Below are positions 17,584 to 27,225 of a stretch of DNA of 64,000 nucleotides, one piece after another. The notes under the pieces are model-generated. The model saw only the letters and a program-made list of their open reading frames with translations. It did not search any database and was not told the DNA's origin. The position numbers were made by a program, and so were the translations under genes. Source of the DNA: a virus. The stretch is from IMG/VR virus record IMGVR_UViG_3300046028_006182, positions 1-64,000 of that record, one strand, 5' to 3'. Each line of letters starts with the position of its first letter. Position 1 is the first letter of the stretch.

Positions 17584-18087
17584 ATGAAAATTAAACCAAC
17601 ATACCTAGCTTTGGGTGAAAAAGCAACCATTTTTACGGATAGCAGCATGAAGCTAAAAGTAGTGAAAGGCCAGCCGGGTGTTATCTACGGCAAAGCCTCT
17701 AAGAAAGTAGCCAATGCTTTACGAGCAGGCCACTTAGTAGAGGTGAACGAGGAGGAATACCAAGCCCAAACCGAAGCCATGCAGCTAGCAGTAGCTGAGT
17801 CGATAGCCCTAGCCGGTAAGCAAGGCTCTAAACTAAGTAACAAGAGCATGGCTACTTTGAGGCAGGCTGAGGAAGAAGCCGAAGACGAAGACGAGGAGGA
17901 AGAGGAAGACGACGACGCATCAGGTGCCGGCGATGAGGGTTACTCAGAGGCTCAGCTAAATGCCATGACCAAAGATGAGATAGTTAAGCTCTTGGTTGAT
18001 GAGTATGATGTGGAAAAGGATGATATCAAAGGCCTTAACAAGAAAGAGCTTGTAGACCGAGTTCTTGAAGAACAAAGCGAGGCATAA
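17584..18087 (+). CDS. Protein with acidic linker and C-terminal Rho-N/HeH-like motif
   Basis: LNAMTKDEIVKL...GLNKKELVDRVL; N-terminus paralogous to 13888..14538. Confidence 0.7.
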   Translation: MKIKPTYLALGEKATIFTDSSMKLKVVKGQPGVIYGKASKKVANALRAGHLVEVNEEEYQAQTEAMQLAVAESIALAGKQGSKLSNKSMATLRQAEEEAEDEDEEEEEDDDASGAGDEGYSEAQLNAMTKDEIVKLLVDEYDVEKDDIKGLNKKELVDRVLEEQSEA

Positions 18088-18090
18088 GAC

Positions 18091-18858
18091 ATGGCAACTC
18101 CTATAGCTAGGTTTAGCTTTAGCAATAACTATCTGGTAGTGGCATTCAGTGATACCTCACTGAATAGCCCTACCAGTTGGCTATGGGACCTTGGGGACGG
18201 TTCAGCTTCAGTTATCACCCAAAATCTATCCCACACCTATACTACCCCGGGTATATATCGAGTAGTACTACAGGCTACGAACTCAGACGGTAGCGACTCC
18301 TACACATTTGACGTAGTAGTAAGTGATGTTAATATAGTACCCTTTACAATAGCTCAGCTAGTGGCAATGGGTATACCATCGGGTATAACAATACCCCCGG
18401 ACTACTTAAAAGCACAAGTAGCTAAATGGCAAACCCTACTAGGAGCCCCAAATTCAATAAATGTTCCTGCCCCCGATACTTACGATGAGACCAAGTGGCC
18501 TGCTCTTGCTAATGTATTAATAGCTAACCTAGTTATCTATGACTATATAATTAGCTTGACTAACAACTCAATCATATCAGGAAATACTAGCAGCGGCTCA
18601 ACGAGCGCTATTTCAGAAGTAAAACAAATTAAGACTGGTCCAACAGAAGTTGAGTATTTCTCGAGTAACCAGGCCCTATCTGACTTCCTTAAAGCATCTG
18701 ACTTTTTTACCATGTCTAAGGGTAATATCTGTGGTATAGCAGATGCGCTAGGGATATACTTGAATATGTGCCCAGCTAGGAAGAACTCTGTACCTTTCAT
18801 AGTAATTAAAAAGGAAACGGCTATAGCCCAGTGGGTATGGCCATATAATTGCAGCTAA
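18091..18858 (+). CDS. PKD-domain head-tail adaptor
   Basis: FSDTS..PTSWLWDLGDG...HTYTTPGIYRVVL PKD signature; IKTGPTEVEY adaptor-like motif. Confidence 0.8.
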   Translation: MATPIARFSFSNNYLVVAFSDTSLNSPTSWLWDLGDGSASVITQNLSHTYTTPGIYRVVLQATNSDGSDSYTFDVVVSDVNIVPFTIAQLVAMGIPSGITIPPDYLKAQVAKWQTLLGAPNSINVPAPDTYDETKWPALANVLIANLVIYDYIISLTNNSIISGNTSSGSTSAISEVKQIKTGPTEVEYFSSNQALSDFLKASDFFTMSKGNICGIADALGIYLNMCPARKNSVPFIVIKKETAIAQWVWPYNCS

Positions 18859-18859
18859 T

Positions 18860-19321
18860 ATGCAACAAAGCGACTGGACTAGGTATGAGAATGTAGTAAA
18901 TAACTTTGCTATCTTACACCATAAGCAAGGCATTATCTGGGATAGGTATCTCGGAGGAGTTAGTCTATACGGGGAGGAAGATGATGAAGCGTCCGCTAAC
19001 CGAGAAACGATTACCCTTGAGGGGGGCCTAGTAGATTACAATGTATTTAGAACTTGGCCTACATCCGTTCAAAAGGAAACCGGTAGCATAGATAACCAGA
19101 GCCAGGTTCTAATTTTGAATAAGGTATGGCTAAGCTCCCAGGGCTACTTGAATGCTAACTCTAACTTTGACTTTACCCCCGAGAGAGATTACTTCACGGT
19201 AGACGGTATAGAGTATACCTGTGAGGGCTTCACTTCCAGCTCCCAAACAAATACCAAATCCCTATTTATAAACTTGATACTCTCTAGGAAAGAGGTATCT
19301 ACACCTGGACCAACTCTATAG
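18860..19321 (+). CDS. Head closure / head-tail joining protein
   Basis: Position and DYFTVDGIEY motif. Confidence 0.6.
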   Translation: MQQSDWTRYENVVNNFAILHHKQGIIWDRYLGGVSLYGEEDDEASANRETITLEGGLVDYNVFRTWPTSVQKETGSIDNQSQVLILNKVWLSSQGYLNANSNFDFTPERDYFTVDGIEYTCEGFTSSSQTNTKSLFINLILSRKEVSTPGPTL

Positions 19322-19323
19322 TA

Positions 19324-19839
19324 ATGAAAAGTAACGTAGTACCCTACATAAGGTTCAAATTTTTTGGGGATTGGGTAGGGTATACTAATAAGATAAGAAA
19401 TCTAAGTCCAGACCTATATGCCTCAATGCTCTATGGCCAGAGAAAAGCAGCAACTCGGCTAGCAGCAGTAGTAGTAGGGCATCTAAAAAATCAAGACATA
19501 CCCGGGTGGGAGCCTAAGATGAACCCCTCTGCCTCCGGTGATACTAGGACCCTGATTGACACGGGTACCTACCTAAACAACATACGAGCTTGGCGTGATA
19601 ACTTTAGTTACTACGTAGGAGTTAAGAGGGGGATAAAAAGCTCATCGGGTGTAGAAGTAGCAAGGTATGCGATGATACACGAAGCAAAGTCTTATACAAC
19701 TGGCGGCCCATACCGTCCTTTATGGGGCCCCTCTGTTGAGGAGATGGGTGGAGCAGAGGGTATGAGAGATATAGTTAAAGCCGTTATTATCAAGAAACTA
19801 GCTTTAAGAGGTTGGCGAGTTAAAAACTTTAATATATGA
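19324..19839 (+). CDS. Neck / tail completion protein (HK97 gp10-like)
   Basis: LIDTG, YAMIHE, RPLWGP motifs. Confidence 0.7.
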   Translation: MKSNVVPYIRFKFFGDWVGYTNKIRNLSPDLYASMLYGQRKAATRLAAVVVGHLKNQDIPGWEPKMNPSASGDTRTLIDTGTYLNNIRAWRDNFSYYVGVKRGIKSSSGVEVARYAMIHEAKSYTTGGPYRPLWGPSVEEMGGAEGMRDIVKAVIIKKLALRGWRVKNFNI

Positions 19840-20795
19840 GTTCAGGTGTACCATTAACTAACATACTCCAAAGAATAGAGAGGAGCCTCTACATTGCCAT
19901 CATTGGCGAGTTAGCAGAGAAAGGCTACTCGATTAACCCGGGCGAGGAACTCACAGTAACTCCTATATCCGCTACTAGCACCACTTACTTACTACCCGGT
20001 GACCTAAGAGAATACTTTAAACAAGGTTATCAGTTTGAGGTAGTGGCGACAGGGCCAAATCGGGGAGTACAAACTGTAACTATTGACTCTACTCTATCCA
20101 GTGGGAATACTGTAGTAACTATTGCCCTAGTACGTAACCCTATCCTAACAAATGAGGTAATCTCATATCTAAAGTACCCAAATACACCTTTTGGAAAAAC
20201 CGAGTACACCAATGACCTTGAGGCTATTAGCACCAATATGAAATTCTCGGTTGAGGTATTTAATAACTCGGATAGTGATACTAAGGGATTAATGAAAGTA
20301 CCAAGGGTAGTAATAGTACCAAGGAGAAGGCTGCCAGGAAACTTGGGAGCCTTCGGCGTATCTAATCTAACCCCAATATATGGAGCCCCTCCATCACCCT
20401 CTGTCCAGCCCCCCATCGTAAATTACCAAAAGTCTACTCCCCCAGCCAGGACGTTTGACTTAGAGTATGACATAGCTATAATAACTAATAAAAGCTATCA
20501 AAACCGTATAATAACTGAAATAATAGGGCTAGCTATACCCGTATTGGGGTATTTAGATGTGTATGATAGTGCAAGTACCCAAGAGAGGATTTGTATTGAG
20601 CAATTCGGTTATATAAATAGTGGCATGAGGGATAAGGGGGTAGTAGAGGAAGTTATCTCAATAAGGATATTAGACATCTTCCTAGTACCAGAGGCAGTAA
20701 GCACAACAATTATAAGCCCTCTACAACAGCTAGCTATAGACATATACTTAGATAACGATATCCCTAACCAGTTTAATCGAGTAATCATCGACTAG
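19836..20795 (+). CDS. Tail terminator-like protein with an inserted beta domain
   Basis: Immediately before the sheath; VPRVVI and FDLEYDIAI strands. Confidence 0.55.
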   Translation: MSSGVPLTNILQRIERSLYIAIIGELAEKGYSINPGEELTVTPISATSTTYLLPGDLREYFKQGYQFEVVATGPNRGVQTVTIDSTLSSGNTVVTIALVRNPILTNEVISYLKYPNTPFGKTEYTNDLEAISTNMKFSVEVFNNSDSDTKGLMKVPRVVIVPRRRLPGNLGAFGVSNLTPIYGAPPSPSVQPPIVNYQKSTPPARTFDLEYDIAIITNKSYQNRIITEIIGLAIPVLGYLDVYDSASTQERICIEQFGYINSGMRDKGVVEEVISIRILDIFLVPEAVSTTIISPLQQLAIDIYLDNDIPNQFNRVIID

Positions 20796-20856
20796 CTATA
20801 TACAATACCACTTAAACATTAATAAAAGAGAATAACCAAGACGAAAAGCCTTTAAT

Positions 20857-22764
20857 ATGCCAACAGCACCTACAGTAAATATCTCCTTAGTAGATAGCTC
20901 GTTCCAAGCTCTGCAACCCCAAAGAGGCCTAAGCTTTGTAATGGGTATAACCAAGAGGGGCCCAGTAAATGACCCCTCTACGATAATTACCTCATGGGCT
21001 CAGTTTACTGAGATATTTGGGGGGTATATAGGTAATAGCGACTTCCCCCTGCTATGCAAAAGAGCTTTAGACCGGGGCGCGTTACTAAGGGTAAACCGGA
21101 TAGTAAACTACACGGATATTACTGACCCGGCTACTATAACAGCCGACACCGCAGTATTGGATGCCGGGACTACTTTATCTTTTAGTGCTGCTCTAGTAAC
21201 AAGCAACACCGTGAATTTAACTATTGACGGTATAGCGATTACACAGGCATTTGCTACTGATAATGACACCACCTTTACTAACCTAATAGCTACTTTGAAT
21301 GGTAACACTACCCTAGCAGCTAGCTATATATTTATCCCTATCCCTGCTACTGGCTTAGGTAGTATAGAGGGGATAGTGATAGTTAATAAAGTACCATTGA
21401 CGGCAGGAGCAAATGTAACTCTACACACTGTAACAGGAGGAGCAAGCCAAGCCACTATAACAGTTGCTAGCTTAACTGACGGCTCAATATTTGCTAATAG
21501 CTTGTATAATACTCCACTCTTTCAAATCACTGTTAAGAACCCCGGGGAAGATGGTAACTACATTATCGTATCTATAAATACCGCGAGCAACGGTAGCTCT
21601 GACTACTTTAACCTAGCAGTTACCCACTTGCTAGAGCCCAATCTTAATGAGCTATACGAAAACTTGATAGTAGACACTGTTAGTGGTACAGGAGCTCCCG
21701 CAAATGCTTCCACTTACCTTTCAGCTCTATCTACCTCTAAGCTAATAGACTATACCTACCTAGATGCTGATACCGTTACTGGGCAACCAAGGCCATTAGA
21801 TTGTGCTCTATATGCCTTTGATGGTGGTGATGGCTCTGCGGTAACGGTAACTGACTATGTTGGGGACTCAGCTGCAAAAACTGGCTTCCATGCTTTTGAT
21901 GCTTACTCGGATGCCTACCAAATATGTGTACCTGAGCTATCAGATGATACCCTACACGTTGGGGGTGCTGCTTATGCTGCGGCAAGAAAAGACCTTCTTT
22001 ACCTAGCCCACTTAGACAACAGCTTCATCACCCGTGCTGACTTAACCACTGAGCGGGATGCCACTAATATTGACACCCGGTATGCGATGTTCTTTGCCGG
22101 GGGCTTGAAAGTAAGTGACCCTCAAACAGGGGTTACCAAGTCAATTAGTGAAATGGGCGATGTAATCGGCTTAATTGCTTATAGTGATACCGTAACAGGG
22201 GGCGGAGAATGGATGTCCTTTGCTGGAAAGAACCGGGGTTTCATCCCTAATGCTTTAGGCGTAGTAAATAACTTTGGAGGTACCGCTCAATACGCCGACA
22301 TTGATTTGCTAGCTAAAAGGCAAATCAATATGGTAGTAAACTCGGGAGGTACTATATATCTTAACAGTAACTTCACAGCACAGCTTGCAAGCTCTCGAGC
22401 CTCTTTTGCTGATACCATGCGATTTGTATTCCGATTAAGTAAGGAGCTAGGCTCTATACTTCAAAGGTATCTGCAAGAGCCTTTAGACCTACAGCTAACT
22501 AACCAGATATACGATGACGCTAAGGTACTCCTAGATGACTACCTATCATCCAACAAAAGAGCATTGCTACGATACCTTTGGGTGGGTGGGCAAAACTCTA
22601 AGAGCTTAGCTGACTTATTTGCTACAACCAGCAATACCCAGCCTAATTGGGAAAACGGGATATACGAGATTACCTTGCAGATTAGTAAAACCCCTGCCTT
22701 GCAAGTTATAAATTGTACTATCAAGTTAACCCCATCTACTGCAACCGTAACCGTAAACTTCTAA
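20857..22764 (+). CDS. Contractile tail sheath protein
   Basis: GITKRGPVNDP..ITSWAQFTEIFGG N-terminus; W.SFAG.NRG and QIN motifs. Confidence 0.95.
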   Translation: MPTAPTVNISLVDSSFQALQPQRGLSFVMGITKRGPVNDPSTIITSWAQFTEIFGGYIGNSDFPLLCKRALDRGALLRVNRIVNYTDITDPATITADTAVLDAGTTLSFSAALVTSNTVNLTIDGIAITQAFATDNDTTFTNLIATLNGNTTLAASYIFIPIPATGLGSIEGIVIVNKVPLTAGANVTLHTVTGGASQATITVASLTDGSIFANSLYNTPLFQITVKNPGEDGNYIIVSINTASNGSSDYFNLAVTHLLEPNLNELYENLIVDTVSGTGAPANASTYLSALSTSKLIDYTYLDADTVTGQPRPLDCALYAFDGGDGSAVTVTDYVGDSAAKTGFHAFDAYSDAYQICVPELSDDTLHVGGAAYAAARKDLLYLAHLDNSFITRADLTTERDATNIDTRYAMFFAGGLKVSDPQTGVTKSISEMGDVIGLIAYSDTVTGGGEWMSFAGKNRGFIPNALGVVNNFGGTAQYADIDLLAKRQINMVVNSGGTIYLNSNFTAQLASSRASFADTMRFVFRLSKELGSILQRYLQEPLDLQLTNQIYDDAKVLLDDYLSSNKRALLRYLWVGGQNSKSLADLFATTSNTQPNWENGIYEITLQISKTPALQVINCTIKLTPSTATVTVNF

Positions 22765-22783
22765 TATTATAACCTGAGCTATT

Positions 22784-23242
22784 ATGGCACAAATTCAGAA
22801 CCCCAGGAAGAAATTTAACTTCCAGATATATATACCAGGCCTTAACCCATTCCTTGCCCAGAATGTAACCTTACCCGATATCGGTACCGAGGTGGATGAG
22901 CATGGTGATGCAAACTATAAAGTTAAGACCCCCGGAATGTCAGTTGTAGGTACCTGTAAAGTAGAGAAAATCTCTATCGCTACCGGCTCAGATAACTGGA
23001 TTTGGGAATGGGTACGACAATGCCAAGATGCTATCACGCAGGGTTTTACTTTACTACCTAGCCAGGTAAAAAGGACTATCCGAGTTGACCAGCTATCAGT
23101 TGATGGGATCACAGTTTTGAATACCTGGGAACTTATTGATGCTTACCCAAGCAATATCAATGGAGTTCAACTTAGCCGGGTTGAGTCAGGTAATACCATG
23201 GAGGATATCGACTTTCAAGTTGACTTAGTTCAAAGGCTATAG
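22784..23242 (+). CDS. Tail tube protein (T4 gp19-like)
   Basis: NPRKKFNF, KTPG, WEW, WELIDAYP motifs. Confidence 0.9.
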   Translation: MAQIQNPRKKFNFQIYIPGLNPFLAQNVTLPDIGTEVDEHGDANYKVKTPGMSVVGTCKVEKISIATGSDNWIWEWVRQCQDAITQGFTLLPSQVKRTIRVDQLSVDGITVLNTWELIDAYPSNINGVQLSRVESGNTMEDIDFQVDLVQRL

Positions 23243-23295
23243 TAAAACTAGGTAATCTATATACTATTACTTATTGACTCCTTACCCGGGGTACT

Positions 23296-23335
23296 AAAAA
23301 GGGGGGTTATCTAGGTAGCTCCCCTTTTTTTATTT
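23296..23335 (+). terminator. Rho-independent terminator
   Basis: AAAAAGGGGGGTTATC / GGTAGCTCCCCTTTTT plus T tract. Confidence 0.85.
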
Positions 23336-23354
23336 AACCTAAACCCCATTTAGC

Positions 23355-24203
23355 ATGGCTGAAAGTACCTTTATTATCCCAATGAACTTGAGTACTGTAA
23401 CCGTAAGGGAACAGACTGGAGAAGACGAAGAGCTCTTAACTCGAAATGAGTATGTAAACAAAGGCGAGTCTGTTTTGAGGTTCTTACAAAGTATCATCAT
23501 TTCCGGTGAGATGTTTGATAACCGTAAACCCACCCTGGACGAGCTTAAGAACACCAGGACCTCTATCCTTAATTATCTACTTTTTAGATCCCGAATATTC
23601 TCACTAGGGGCTGAACTTAAATTTGTCTGGCAATTTAAGGATAACAGGGGTAATATGGTCCCCTATGACATGGTAGAAGACCTCACTCCCTACTACTATG
23701 AGGTGGATGCTGATGCCGTACAAAACCTAAAGTCTTTACTTGCTACTAACCCCTCCGAGTACCAATCAGCCTATAATGAGTGGGCATCTAAACTTAGGGC
23801 CGAGAAAGACATAAGAAAAGTACTTGTTCCTACGCTACTGGACGGTAACGAGTTACCAACAGGAAAGGGTAGAGAATTAACATTGCCAAGTGGACGAAAA
23901 GTAAGATACCAGTATATAACTAGCAATACTTCCAAGTATCTACTAGAGCAGGACGAAAAGAACATATCTCTCAACGACTTATTCTATGCCAGGGTACTAG
24001 AGATGCTATCTGATGATGGCCGTTGGCTTACAGTAAAAACCCTTAGGCCTTTTACTTCTAAGGAACTAGCCACTCTACGGGGCGATATAAATACTTATGA
24101 CTCCACATGGGAACCTAAGATGACAGTACCAAACCCCCACGGAGAAGACCTTATAGTTGACGTGATGGGCTTATCCGATTTTTTCTTCCCGGCTCTGACT
24201 TAG
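23355..24203 (+). CDS. Tail assembly chaperone (G form)
   Basis: Between tube and TMP; VREQTGEDEELL; ends ...DFFFPALT at a slippery site. Confidence 0.8.
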   Translation: MAESTFIIPMNLSTVTVREQTGEDEELLTRNEYVNKGESVLRFLQSIIISGEMFDNRKPTLDELKNTRTSILNYLLFRSRIFSLGAELKFVWQFKDNRGNMVPYDMVEDLTPYYYEVDADAVQNLKSLLATNPSEYQSAYNEWASKLRAEKDIRKVLVPTLLDGNELPTGKGRELTLPSGRKVRYQYITSNTSKYLLEQDEKNISLNDLFYARVLEMLSDDGRWLTVKTLRPFTSKELATLRGDINTYDSTWEPKMTVPNPHGEDLIVDVMGLSDFFFPALT

Positions 24204-24370
24204 AACTGCAGGTAATGTATATGCACAAGTCAGGGCTAAAGCTAAGTGAATTAGAGATAAGGAATATGCCATCAAAGAGAAGGCTAAGATACATTGAGCT
24301 ATGTGAGGTAGCCAATGAGGCCGATGAGAAACGAGCAGCACCCAAAACTAAAAGTATAACCGATGTATAA
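24179..24370 (+). other. Programmed -1 frameshift site T TTT TTC and GT extension
   Basis: The -1 frame reads FLPGSDLELQVMYMHKSGLKLSELEIRNMPSKRRLRYIELCEVANEADEKRAAPKTKSITDV* and ends at 24370, overlapping the TMP start. Confidence 0.85.
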
Positions 24371-26438
24371 TTACTCAAATCTAGGCATAGGAGTAGCCAT
24401 TAGCTTGAGAGACCAGTTCTCAGCTAAAGCTAATCGTGTTACGGCTAGCATGAATGCTATGCACAACAATGCCCAGATGGTTATGCGTAAGAACCTTGGA
24501 GCTCTCCGCTCTATCGGCATGGGCATGAGTATGGCGTCGGTGGGAGGCATCATGGCTATGAGGGGCTGGATAAGAACTGGTGCAGACTTTGGCTACTCAA
24601 TGTCGGCTGTGAAAGCTGTTACTGAGTCAACAACCGCTGAGTTTAATGCGTTAAGGATGGAAGCCTTACGATTGGGTAGAACTACCAAGTTTACTGCTAT
24701 TGAAGTAGCGGGAGGTATGGAGTACATGGCTAAAGCCGGCATGAAGTATCGAGACGTTATGAACTCTATTAGCTCTGCCACCTTACTTGCAGTAGCCACT
24801 GGTACTGAGCTAGGAGGAGCGGGTGGTACTGCCGACATGGCAACTAATATCCTAACGGCTTTTAACTTAAAGTCTAGCCAGTTCGATAATGTAGCCGATA
24901 TGATTACCGCAGCAGTGAACAAGTCAAACGTCGATTTAACAGATTTCCATGAGGCTATCAAGTACTCAGCCAATGACTTTTATAATGCCAATATAGACTT
25001 TGCTCGAGCAGCCGCAGTAATAGGTACCTTGGGTAACGCCGGTATTAAGGGTAGTATGGCTGGTACTGCGGCTGGTAACGTGATCCGTGAATTAACAAAA
25101 GCCGTAACTCAATTCAGAACAAACCGGCAAGGGCAGGGTTTAGCTGCTCTAGGCCTAGCCCCAGAGGATATACTTGACTCAAAGGGCAATCTTCTAGATA
25201 TCCTTGACATTATGGATAAGTTTAGAGGTAAGGTAACTATTGGGGATCCCACCTCTATAGCGGCTCTAGGAGCTGTAACAGGAGTAAGGGGTAACAGAGC
25301 TATGACTGCTTTAGTTAAAGAGCTCCAAATGGGGCCTAGTTTTAGAGAGCTATACCAAGAAATACTGGCATCCAAGGGAATGACTTCTCGGGTAGCAGCT
25401 GAGATGATGGACAACCTCAAGGGTGACATGATTATAATGCAATCAGCCTGGGACGGATTTAAAATAGCCTTCACCGATGCCGTTGAGCCTGCCCTTAGGA
25501 GTACTCTACAACTGTTAACGAAAGTAGTAGATAAGATTACCCTGTTTATAGAGACTCCTGTAGGTAAATACTTAGCCGTTGCAGCTGCCGGCCTTGTGGT
25601 AGTAGCTGGAATTGCCGGGGTTTTCCTAACAGTCCTCGGTAGCGTAGGGCTACTGATACAGGGTGCCGCTGTATCTTTTAACGCTATGAAGATGGCAGGA
25701 CTCTGGGCCTACAATGCTTTGATAGCTAGGGCTGGTAAATACCTACTAGTACTTATGGGTATTAAAGCAGCGGAAGGTATAGGCATTAATAAGTCAGGCC
25801 AGTTTTACTCTAAAACTACTGGCCGATTTACTAAAGCCCCCAAGGGTAATGTATTCAGTAAAGTACTTGGAGGTATTTGGAAGAGTTTAGTTGGCATTGC
25901 TCCTTGGCTAGGTAGATTAGCTGCGGGCTTTGCTGGTATTGCAGGAGTTGGTGCAGGTACTATTGCCGCAGTTATAGCTGGAGTTATTGGAGTAGGAGTA
26001 GCTATCTGGGCTACCTGGGACTCTCTAGTTAGGGGTTTTAAAATGCTCGGTAATGCCATTAAGGGTATCGTAGCAACCATATTTCATTCTATTGCCTATA
26101 TCTGGGACCTACTAACAACCTGGTCTTTCGAAACAGCTAACCAGAATTTTAAAGACCGTCAGGACCTAGTATGGGGAAGAATACGCCAATCAGATAATAG
26201 CATAGCAGCGGAAGGTAAGAACCAGGTTGACTGGTCTAAGGATAGGAGCTCAACCAGTATGATGAACTTTATTGGCAGAGGCTCACCAACAATAGCTAAA
26301 GATAGCCAAAGTCTTTATGACCAAGTACATAAGATAGGTAACCCTACCTTGCAGATTGAGATAAACCAAACTGGCCAGATGTTACAAAAACACGCTATAC
26401 CGATGACGGATGATGAGGTATTAAAAATTAAAATCTAA
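24363..26438 (+). CDS. Tape measure protein (TP901 family)
   Basis: LGRTTKFTAIEVA, LGNAGIKGSMAGT, MMDNLKGD motifs; C-terminal hydrophobic segments. Confidence 0.95.
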   Translation: MYNYSNLGIGVAISLRDQFSAKANRVTASMNAMHNNAQMVMRKNLGALRSIGMGMSMASVGGIMAMRGWIRTGADFGYSMSAVKAVTESTTAEFNALRMEALRLGRTTKFTAIEVAGGMEYMAKAGMKYRDVMNSISSATLLAVATGTELGGAGGTADMATNILTAFNLKSSQFDNVADMITAAVNKSNVDLTDFHEAIKYSANDFYNANIDFARAAAVIGTLGNAGIKGSMAGTAAGNVIRELTKAVTQFRTNRQGQGLAALGLAPEDILDSKGNLLDILDIMDKFRGKVTIGDPTSIAALGAVTGVRGNRAMTALVKELQMGPSFRELYQEILASKGMTSRVAAEMMDNLKGDMIIMQSAWDGFKIAFTDAVEPALRSTLQLLTKVVDKITLFIETPVGKYLAVAAAGLVVVAGIAGVFLTVLGSVGLLIQGAAVSFNAMKMAGLWAYNALIARAGKYLLVLMGIKAAEGIGINKSGQFYSKTTGRFTKAPKGNVFSKVLGGIWKSLVGIAPWLGRLAAGFAGIAGVGAGTIAAVIAGVIGVGVAIWATWDSLVRGFKMLGNAIKGIVATIFHSIAYIWDLLTTWSFETANQNFKDRQDLVWGRIRQSDNSIAAEGKNQVDWSKDRSSTSMMNFIGRGSPTIAKDSQSLYDQVHKIGNPTLQIEINQTGQMLQKHAIPMTDDEVLKIKI

Positions 26439-26914
26439 TGGTAGGCTACACTAGCAATGTATACTTGATTAACCTCGAGACTCTGGACAAGATAGCTATC
26501 CAGTTTACCCCCACCGAGATAAGTGTAGAGAGCACATCTAATGATGTGGCTATAGCATCTATGGGTAGAAACCATCCTCTATACCAATATACTGGGGGAG
26601 ATGAGAGCATAGAGTTTGAGATTGAGTGGGTAGCAAACGATGAGGATTTAATGGACGTACAACGAGGAGTTAGTTGGCTTAAAGCTAACTCTAAGAATGA
26701 CGGCTATGCGAATAAGAAACCTCGAGTGGCATTACTTTGGGGCTCGGAGCTATTTAATGATGCCGTATGGATTATCTCTAGCTGTAGCTACACTTACAGA
26801 TTACCCCAGAAAGGCCGAGACTACTTCTTTATGAAAGCGATACAAAGAGTAGTATTAAAAAAGGTAACAGCTGGGAACTATACACATGATGACCTTAAAA
26901 ACCACCGGCTATGA
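26438..26914 (+). CDS. Tail tube initiator / baseplate protein
   Basis: QFTPTEI, YQYTGG, PRVALLWG pattern of contractile-tail tube initiators. Confidence 0.75.
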   Translation: MVGYTSNVYLINLETLDKIAIQFTPTEISVESTSNDVAIASMGRNHPLYQYTGGDESIEFEIEWVANDEDLMDVQRGVSWLKANSKNDGYANKKPRVALLWGSELFNDAVWIISSCSYTYRLPQKGRDYFFMKAIQRVVLKKVTAGNYTHDDLKNHRL

Positions 26915-27225
26915 GTACTACTAAATTACAAGAGAAACTCTGGCCAGATAATCCTTACTTTAGTGGGTCTTTCATTGTCGAGTTCAGCAGCACCGAGAAA
27001 GCTCTATACCGTAGGAAGATGGCTTACACGGTATCAATTAAGGACTCATACCATACCATAGTTGAGGGTGAGCAGCTATCGGACATAGCCTACAAGTATT
27101 ACCGTAATGACCGTGAGTGGCATATAATAGCTGATGCCAATGAGATATTTAACCCCTTTGATTTAACACCCGGCCAGCAGATAATAATACCATACCTGCC
27201 TAGGGTTAAAGCTATATTCCGATGA
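26911..27225 (+). CDS. LysM-domain baseplate protein (tail X-like)
   Basis: HTIVEGEQLSDIAYKYY..WHIIADAN..L.PGQQIIIP. Confidence 0.9.
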   Translation: MSTTKLQEKLWPDNPYFSGSFIVEFSSTEKALYRRKMAYTVSIKDSYHTIVEGEQLSDIAYKYYRNDREWHIIADANEIFNPFDLTPGQQIIIPYLPRVKAIFR

